Source: Nitrospirota bacterium
GTDB lineage: Bacteria; Nitrospirota; Thermodesulfovibrionia; Thermodesulfovibrionales; JdFR-88
DNA length: 64,000 bases
Assembly: GCA_021789935.1 (NCBI GenBank)
Contig: JAJYIR010000006.1
Location: 9,271 to 73,270 of the forward strand
Reading direction: 5' to 3'
The position numbers and the translations under genes are program-made. The notes beneath the pieces were generated by a model that saw nothing but the letters and a program-made list of their open reading frames with translations, was not told the DNA's origin and searched no databases. Positions 58,368 through 64,000 of the stretch are shown here, in pieces (position 1 is the first letter of the stretch; every line of letters starts with the position of its first letter).

Positions 58368-58754
58368 CTAGGTATTGGGTTCGGAATGGCACTTCCAACA
58401 TGGCAGGTCCACGGCCATGTATTGGTGGCACCTGTCACAGAACTGTTTTTTGCTCGAATGGCAGTTCCAGCAGGTGTCCCAGCTCATATCGTATTTTTCG
58501 CCTGTCGAGCTCACATATACACAACCCTTGCCGCTGAGCACCGTCTGCATCCAGCCCCGGAGCAGCCGCATATGGTTTGCCCTCATGAAGGATCTGGACT
58601 CCACACAGTGCTTCACCTTCATCTGGTTTATGGCAGGGGTGTCCAGGGACGGAGAGGGATGGGGATTGGCCTTGCCCACGCTGTAATAGATGGGAAAAGT
58701 CACAAGGCCCAGGAATATGACAAGACCCGCGATTATCTTTCCGCCGTTATACAT
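58368..58754 (-). CDS. dsrJ: DsrJ, triheme periplasmic cytochrome c of the Dsr membrane complex
   Basis: Start ATG 58754 (MYNGGKII), SD ggagg 8 nt upstream, overlapping the dsrK stop; the ORF is open to GTG 58763. N-terminal TM anchor and three haem sites (CWNCH, CDRCH, CWKCH) plus the conserved Cys in KHCVES. Length and layout match DsrJ. Confidence 0.85.
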   Translation of the reverse strand: MYNGGKIIAGLVIFLGLVTFPIYYSVGKANPHPSPSLDTPAINQMKVKHCVESRSFMRANHMRLLRGWMQTVLSGKGCVYVSSTGEKYDMSWDTCWNCHSSKKQFCDRCHQYMAVDLPCWKCHSEPNT

Positions 58755-60423
58755 TAGCCTCACCTCCGGCCTTTTCGCCTTCCGGCTGGGCCACCGCCCG
58801 AGCCGACACGCTGGTTTGATCTTCGGGGGCGGGAAGAGGCTCGCCCCTCAAGTCCGTTTCCCTCTTTTTCTCTCCCGTCATCACAAGGGCATTAGCCACC
58901 AACTCGTGCACACCCGCCACAGTGACCCCCGGGACCCAGTAATTCATGGAGGTTGTCAGGGACGCCCTGTCTATGGCGCAGATGTTGGCCAGCATGTTCA
59001 CGCCGTGCTTGTCGTGCACGTACTTAACCGCGTTTGCCCTGGCCAACCCTCCCCTGAGGCGCAGTTCCATGTCCTCGCCCGCATTCAGACCGGAGCCGCT
59101 GCCGCAGCAGAACGTCTGCTCTTTTATGGTCTCCCTGGGCATCTCGTAGAAGTTCCGGCATATGTTTTTAAGCACATGCCGCGGCTCCTCAAAAACGCCC
59201 ATGCCTCTTGCTGTATTGCAGGAGTCATGGAACGTGACCTTCAGGTGGTCGTTCCTGGAAGGGTCCAGCTTCAGCTTGCCATGCTTTATCAGGTCTGCCG
59301 TGAACTCGATGATGTGGGTCATCTTGGTGGACTTGGCATTGTCGAAAACCGTGCCGGTTATGGGCGATTTGGGGACCTCCAGGAAGCCGGCCGGGCCGTT
59401 CCATGTGTCCATGTACTGGTGCACGAGTCTCCACATATGGCCGCACTCGCCGCCCAGTATCCATTTCACCCCAAGCCTCTTGGCCTCGGCGTATATCTTC
59501 GAATTGAGCCTCTTTGCCATCTCGTTGGAGGTAAAGAAGCCGAAGTTGCCGCCCTCCGAGGCATAGGTGCTCCAGGTGTAATCCAATCCCAGTTCGTGGA
59601 AGAGCATCAGGTACCCCATGCAGGTATATGTGCCGGGGTCCGCGAAGAGGTCTCCCGAAGGAGTGACGAAAAGTATCTCGGCCCCTTTCCTGTTGAACGT
59701 CGGGTTTATGCGGATGCCGGTCAAGGTCTCGATGTCATCCACCATGAACTCCACGTTGCTCACGATTGTTTGGGGCTCCAGGCCCAGGTGATTGCCTTTC
59801 ATATAACAGTTGGAAACCGGCCCCTGTATCCATTCGATGTTCAGGCCCAGGAGGTTCAAAAGCTCCCTGCCGGCAATCGTGATTTCGGCATGGTCAATGC
59901 CGTAAGGGCAGAAGACGGAACAGCGGCGGCACTCCGTGCACTGGAAGAAGTAGGTCCACCATTCCTTGAGCACCTGCAGGTCAAGCTCCCTTGCGCCGGC
60001 CAGCTTGCCGAACACCTTGCCGGGGGTGGTGAAGTACTTCCTGTAGATGCTCCTCATGAGCTCGCCCCTCACCACGGGCATGTTCTTGGGGTCGCCGGTG
60101 CCGATGTAGAAATGGCACTTGTCCGCACAGGCCCCGCACCTTACGCAAATGTCCAGGAAGAGGCGGAGCGAGCGGTATTTGTCCAGCCTCTCGCGCAGCC
60201 CTTCGATGAGTATCTCCTGCCAGTTTTCGGGCAGTTTCCAATCCTCATCGAGGGGGTTCCAGTCCCTGGCGTTGGGCATGCCCACGACGTTCAGGCTCTT
60301 GGCCTTGGCGCCCCAGCAGAACATGCCCGGCTTTATCTGTGCAGGCGTGTCCATCCAGAAGGTCTTTGGCGCCTTGTAACTTATGCTCTGTAACAGCTCT
60401 TCCTTTATGGGTTCCTTCGCCAT
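58747..60423 (-). CDS. dsrK: DsrK, HdrD-like catalytic FeS subunit
   Basis: 558 aa with ferredoxin-type clusters CVRCGACADKC and CTECRRCSVFCP, and CCG-domain motifs (CCGSGSG). Confidence 0.92.
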   Translation of the reverse strand: MAKEPIKEELLQSISYKAPKTFWMDTPAQIKPGMFCWGAKAKSLNVVGMPNARDWNPLDEDWKLPENWQEILIEGLRERLDKYRSLRLFLDICVRCGACADKCHFYIGTGDPKNMPVVRGELMRSIYRKYFTTPGKVFGKLAGARELDLQVLKEWWTYFFQCTECRRCSVFCPYGIDHAEITIAGRELLNLLGLNIEWIQGPVSNCYMKGNHLGLEPQTIVSNVEFMVDDIETLTGIRINPTFNRKGAEILFVTPSGDLFADPGTYTCMGYLMLFHELGLDYTWSTYASEGGNFGFFTSNEMAKRLNSKIYAEAKRLGVKWILGGECGHMWRLVHQYMDTWNGPAGFLEVPKSPITGTVFDNAKSTKMTHIIEFTADLIKHGKLKLDPSRNDHLKVTFHDSCNTARGMGVFEEPRHVLKNICRNFYEMPRETIKEQTFCCGSGSGLNAGEDMELRLRGGLARANAVKYVHDKHGVNMLANICAIDRASLTTSMNYWVPGVTVAGVHELVANALVMTGEKKRETDLRGEPLPAPEDQTSVSARAVAQPEGEKAGGEANV

Positions 60424-60425
60424 GT

Positions 60426-61415
60426 CTACTCCCTTTCCACCGGCACGCCGGCCATTTTCATTTTCTCCCGGAAGTCATCTTCATATTCCTCGTATGTATG
60501 CACCTTCACGGGATAACTCCAGGGGTTTACATGCCGGGCTACCCGGCTGTTGTTGGACAGGTTCCTGGTGGGGCTCAGGAAGACGCCCCCGGCATGCACA
60601 AGCTTGCTCCATGGGAAGTAGGCAAACAGCGCGCTGATAAGGAACAGGTGCACATAGAATATGGTGCCAATCCCGCTCACCACCGAGGGGTGGAGGCTGA
60701 CAAGACCCATCACCAGTTCTTTCACGCCCACCACATCAACCCTGGTCTGGTACCTCATGAGCACGCCGCTGGTCCCGATGCCGAGAAGCAGAAAGAGCGG
60801 GAAGAAATCCGCAGGAAGCGATATGGCCTTCATCTGCGAAAGGGTAACCCTCCTTAAAAAGAGATAAGTCACGGCTACAAGGAATATCACGTCGGTTATA
60901 TACAGAGCCGGCACGCCCCAGTTAAGTATGCTGTCCAGATGCTCAAGCGACTGAACAGCCGCCGGGACGCTCTGGAAAAAGAACCTCAGGTGCCTTATCA
61001 CTATCAGCAGGAAAGACCAGTGGAAAGCCATGCCTGCAAGCCAGAGCCACGGGGCCCAGCCGTAGACGAGGTACTCCCCCTTCATCTTCGTCTTGCGGTT
61101 TTTAAAAAGGGAGCGGAACAGCAGGACCTCAAGGAGCATCCTTATCACCACACCGCCCGTGCCCGACGGGTTTTCTATGCCGTTGGGCTTTATCCACGAG
61201 AGAGATTTTTGCTGCCCGCACGTGGTCGGGATATGGAACGGCACGGGTGTCTTTCCCCATTTGACCACCCGGTAAACAAACCCCAAAAGGAAAGCGGCCG
61301 CGGCCGCGTAAGGCACTAGCACGCCGAATATGAAATACAGGCCGGCAGCCTTTACGCCCGCGATGACAAGCAGAACCAGAAACACGACAGCCAGGAAAGG
61401 CAACAGTGCTTTCAT
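60426..61415 (-). CDS. dsrM: DsrM, NarI-like dihaem b membrane subunit
   Basis: 329 aa with multiple TM helices carrying conserved His residues. Lies 2 nt upstream of dsrK. Confidence 0.9.
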   Translation of the reverse strand: MKALLPFLAVVFLVLLVIAGVKAAGLYFIFGVLVPYAAAAAFLLGFVYRVVKWGKTPVPFHIPTTCGQQKSLSWIKPNGIENPSGTGGVVIRMLLEVLLFRSLFKNRKTKMKGEYLVYGWAPWLWLAGMAFHWSFLLIVIRHLRFFFQSVPAAVQSLEHLDSILNWGVPALYITDVIFLVAVTYLFLRRVTLSQMKAISLPADFFPLFLLLGIGTSGVLMRYQTRVDVVGVKELVMGLVSLHPSVVSGIGTIFYVHLFLISALFAYFPWSKLVHAGGVFLSPTRNLSNNSRVARHVNPWSYPVKVHTYEEYEDDFREKMKMAGVPVERE

Positions 61416-61444
61416 CCCCCTATCTCATCCTCCTTTGCATTATT

Positions 61445-62005
61445 TTAATGCTCCTCCCCGTGTTCGCCCTCTTTTTTCTCAATTATCAGATTGGCCTGTT
61501 GCAAAAGCCTGAATGTATGGTCGCGGACCTCCGCCGCCTTCAGCTCGTATATCTTCTCCCTGCACTGCATGAAAAAATCAAAAGCGCCCAGCGCAAGCCG
61601 GTCCACAAGGGAATCGAACTCCATCATCTGCCTGCAGAAAGGCACTTCCCTACAGGCGCCGCACTTCTCCGCCTCTTCCCTCACGGCTTTTTTAAGCCAG
61701 AAAATGAAACCCAGCGCACCGGAGGCGGTGAAATCCTGGACCGCCCTTACCTTTATGATGTTCTCAAGGAACCCGCTCAGGCTGTCCTCTTCCGGCTCGC
61801 TCCCCTTGTGCCCAAGATGCCGGACAACTTCATCATAAACGGCACCCAGGCTGTCCGATATGATCTTCCCAACAGGGTTGGTAAACCGGTTTTGCCCGGA
61901 CCTGAGCATCTTCGAGGTCTGGGCCGGATAGGTCTGCAACACATAATCGAGCCATCTTTCAAGGACGGCAGAGCGTTTTTCTGCGAGGAAGTCTTTTAAA
62001 TCCAT
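61445..62005 (-). CDS. DsrT-like protein (RsbRD N-terminal domain family)
   Basis: 186 aa helical protein. Its position between dsrC and dsrM matches where dsrT is reported. N-terminal pattern LERWLDYVLQTYP...NRFTNPVG. Cys cluster CGACREVPFC. The family call is from memory only. Confidence 0.5.
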   Translation of the reverse strand: MDLKDFLAEKRSAVLERWLDYVLQTYPAQTSKMLRSGQNRFTNPVGKIISDSLGAVYDEVVRHLGHKGSEPEEDSLSGFLENIIKVRAVQDFTASGALGFIFWLKKAVREEAEKCGACREVPFCRQMMEFDSLVDRLALGAFDFFMQCREKIYELKAAEVRDHTFRLLQQANLIIEKKEGEHGEEH

Positions 62006-62138
62006 TAGCGTTTCTAACCGGTCTTGGAATAAAACAATATGGTCAAGTCAAAAATACCTTTCCCCCGAAAAAGGGCGCAGGAGAACGGCTTTTCCCTTCC
62101 GCCGTCCACCCGCGCTCTCAAAATAAAAAAAGCCGCTG

Positions 62139-62474
62139 TTACACGCACCCCGTAGGTTTCGGAAGCCCGGCATAAAGGCAAGCCTGCTTTGCGGGACCGG
62201 CGGGATACAGCTGATAGAGATACTTGGTGTTGCCCTTCTCCGGGCCCATGGACTTCGCTATTTCTTTCACGAGTATCTTTATCATTGGGGCGATTTGATA
62301 CTTAGCGTAGTAGTCCCTGAGGAAATTTATCACTTCCCAGTGGGCCTCCGTAAGGGTCATGCCATCGCGTTCAGCCAGCACAGTGGCGAGCTCAGGCACC
62401 CAGTCACCCAGGTTTACGAGATAACCGTCCTCATCCAATTCAATCTGTTTGCCCTGGAAATCAATGGTTGGCAT
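62139..62474 (-). CDS. dsrC: DsrC (dissimilatory sulfite reductase gamma-like sulfur carrier)
   Basis: 111 aa. The C-terminal arm QACLYAGLPKPTGCV carries both conserved cysteines (CysB-x10-CysA-Val). Strong SD taaggagg. Confidence 0.93.
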   Translation of the reverse strand: MPTIDFQGKQIELDEDGYLVNLGDWVPELATVLAERDGMTLTEAHWEVINFLRDYYAKYQIAPMIKILVKEIAKSMGPEKGNTKYLYQLYPAGPAKQACLYAGLPKPTGCV

Positions 62475-62499
62475 TTCTTCCTCCTTAGTTTTACTAATG

Positions 62500-62528
62500 A
62501 TTATAAACTTTTTCCGTGGTCATTTGAA
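62500..62528 (-). promoter_or_regulatory. Putative strong sigma70 promoter of dsrC
   Basis: On the minus strand: TTCAAA (62528-62523), 17-nt spacer, consensus TATAAT (62505-62500). Lies in an AT-rich region. Confidence 0.55.
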
Positions 62529-62868
62529 ACAGCCCAAAGTCGTAAACAGTAATATATGATTGGACATATCGTCAAATTAAAAAATTTAATTTGCGATTTA
62601 GTCTAACTTATAATTTATATCCTCTATGGAAATCTTTAGGAATATAACACAAAGGATTTATTTAAGATATCCGCTTGCTCCCGCCCGCTCGAAATCCGTT
62701 CGTGAGCAAAATTCATTATTGAAGGGATTCTTCAAGGCCCTTTCCTGGCCTTAAGAATCGACATAGCCGGGAAACAATATGCCCAATCCGGCAATTGCCC
62801 GGCCCTATCAAACTGAGACACTATCAGTATTTGACTTTTATGGAAAGATATATTTTAAAATAAAATCT

Positions 62869-63495
62869 ATGGAAACAAACCCTTTACAGATGGTGCTTGA
62901 AGCCAGTTTACTGGTGAAATTGGTTGTATTGCTGTTGCTGACGTTCTCGGTGGTCTCCTGGGCGATCATCATTTACAAATACCAGTACATGTCCAGGCTG
63001 GAAAAACAGAACCGGATATTCATACGGGTACTCGACAACGGGGATGCCAGAGGGGTGCTGGCCCAGGCCAAGGCCCTGGACGCAAGTCCGGCGGCCAGCC
63101 TATACAGAAATGTATTTTCCGAGGCCGCATCGAAGAGCCGGCTGAAACGTGCCATAAACCGCCAGGAGGTGATAGAGGCCGGCAAGATAGAGAAGTACGT
63201 GAACTTCCTTGCCACGACCGGCTCCACCACCCCGTTTATCGGCCTTTTCGGTACCGTTTGGGGAATAGTGAACGCCTTCAGAGGCATAGGCTTCAAAGGC
63301 AGCGCGTCTCTTGCCGTAGTGGCGCCGGGCATTTCCGAGGCCCTGATCACAACGGCGTTCGGGCTTGTGGCCGCGATCCCCGCCGTCATAGCCTATAATT
63401 ATTACGTGGGCAGAACCAGGCGTGCTATCCAGGAGATGGAAAGTATCTCTCCCGAGATAGAAGCTGTGCTGACGGGCGCAAACAGTGACAAGTGA
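62869..63495 (+). CDS. MotA/TolQ/ExbB family proton channel protein
   Basis: I moved the start to Met31 (METNPLQMVLEASLL). 3 TM helices and the motif FIGLFGTVWGIVNAF. A TolR/ExbD gene follows. Confidence 0.85.
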   Translation: METNPLQMVLEASLLVKLVVLLLLTFSVVSWAIIIYKYQYMSRLEKQNRIFIRVLDNGDARGVLAQAKALDASPAASLYRNVFSEAASKSRLKRAINRQEVIEAGKIEKYVNFLATTGSTTPFIGLFGTVWGIVNAFRGIGFKGSASLAVVAPGISEALITTAFGLVAAIPAVIAYNYYVGRTRRAIQEMESISPEIEAVLTGANSDK

Positions 63496-63886
63496 AAGGC
63501 CGGGCCGCGGCAGTCTCTCAGAGATAAACGTCACGCCGCTGGTTGACGTAATGCTCGTCCTGCTGGTCATCTTCATGGTGACCGCGCCGCTGATGAAGCA
63601 GGGGGTCGACGTCAATCTCCCTCAGGCCAAAGGCAGCTCTCTTCCCAATGAGGGGCCGGTAACCATAAACATAAAGAGCGACGGGAGCCTTTATATGAAG
63701 GGCGCCAGGCTCTCCATGGCCCAGATGAGGGCGAGGCTCAGCATGCTCAGCAAGGTGGATCCGGACGTATACCTGGAGGCCGACAGGGACGTCTCGTACG
63801 GAAGGGTCGCGCAGGTGATGGGCGAGATAAAGGCAGCCGGGGTCCAGAAACTGGGCATCGTGACCGAACCCATTAAAAGCAAATAG
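63485..63886 (+). CDS. TolR/ExbD family protein
   Basis: 133 aa, GTG start. SEINVTPLVDVMLVLLVIFMV is typical of ExbD/TolR. Overlaps the upstream gene by 11 nt. Confidence 0.85.
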   Translation: MTSERPGRGSLSEINVTPLVDVMLVLLVIFMVTAPLMKQGVDVNLPQAKGSSLPNEGPVTINIKSDGSLYMKGARLSMAQMRARLSMLSKVDPDVYLEADRDVSYGRVAQVMGEIKAAGVQKLGIVTEPIKSK

Positions 63887-63929
63887 GCAAAAAGTAAAAA
63901 AACAAACGAGTTAAAAGCAAAGCGCCTGG

Positions 63930-64000
63930 ATGACTTTTGAAAAAACGCTCTTCCTGTCGGTAGTGTTCCACGCGGTCATATTGTCCGCCCTTACTATAAC
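63930..64000 (+). CDS. 5' end of a TolA/TonB-like gene (truncated by window edge)
   Basis: ATG 63930 gives MTFEKTLFLSVVFHAVILSALTI, a TM anchor at the position expected for tolA/tonB. Only 23 codons are visible. Confidence 0.35.
   Translation, partial: MTFEKTLFLSVVFHAVILSALTI

Noticed and set aside
58690-60393. A 567-aa plus-strand ORF antisense to dsrK
   Set aside because: Same in-register mirror-frame artefact as at typA. The translation is low-complexity and dsrK has all its FeS and CCG motifs.

Overview
The window reads as ordinary core chromosome of a moderately GC-rich, probably anaerobic sulfur-metabolising bacterium. That lineage call is an inference from gene content alone, because I could not run BLAST or HMM searches and all calls rest on motifs I recognise in the supplied translations and on synteny. 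I support about 68 protein genes, one tRNA(CAT), and several intrinsic terminators, promoters and operators. I found no rRNA, CRISPR array, transposase, integrase or phage genes.

Gene blocks in order:
- rplS-trmD-KH-rpsP, with rimM absent
- a PfpI-family gene, a membrane protein and an S11 D,D-carboxypeptidase
- lysA-dapF-dapA
- a DEAD-box helicase and an orphan HisKA_2 kinase
- a tetR-MFS pair
- hrcA-grpE-dnaK-dnaJ-rsmE, preceded by a perfect CIRCE operator
- an ODC-like decarboxylase with speE
- typA
- purB-purS
- pilB-pilT-pilC-pilS-pilR with no pilin gene
- a cyclase, a membrane protein, an LplA-like ligase, CooT and an exonuclease
- ctpA-envC-ftsX-ftsE preceded by a small unknown protein
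- a SHOCT-domain secreted protein and a beta-barrel porin
- cobD-cbiB-cobQ-cobC-cobU-rnhA and a COG1579 zinc-ribbon protein
- tRNA-Met, then rpoD-dnaG-NIF3-yqeY-rpsU
- the sulfur island at 56.5-62.5 kb
- tolQ/tolR-like genes

The most interesting region is 56.1-62.5 kb. A dsrH-dsrE-dsrF-tusA-like operon has an unusual gene order and a long, hairpin-rich leader. It converges on a dsrC, dsrT-like, dsrM, dsrK, dsrJ and ferredoxin gene set that ends at dsrJ, with no dsrO or dsrP.

Secondary observations:
- a 17-nt motif (AAAATGGATAGCGAGCG) recurs at four intergenic sites
- the periplasmic carboxypeptidase carries an 89-residue Arg-rich tail
- PilB has a c-di-GMP-type MshEN motif
- rnhA sits next to cobU and cobC
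- TTA, CTA and TCA codons are systematically depleted, which creates full-length mirror ORFs that I reject as genes
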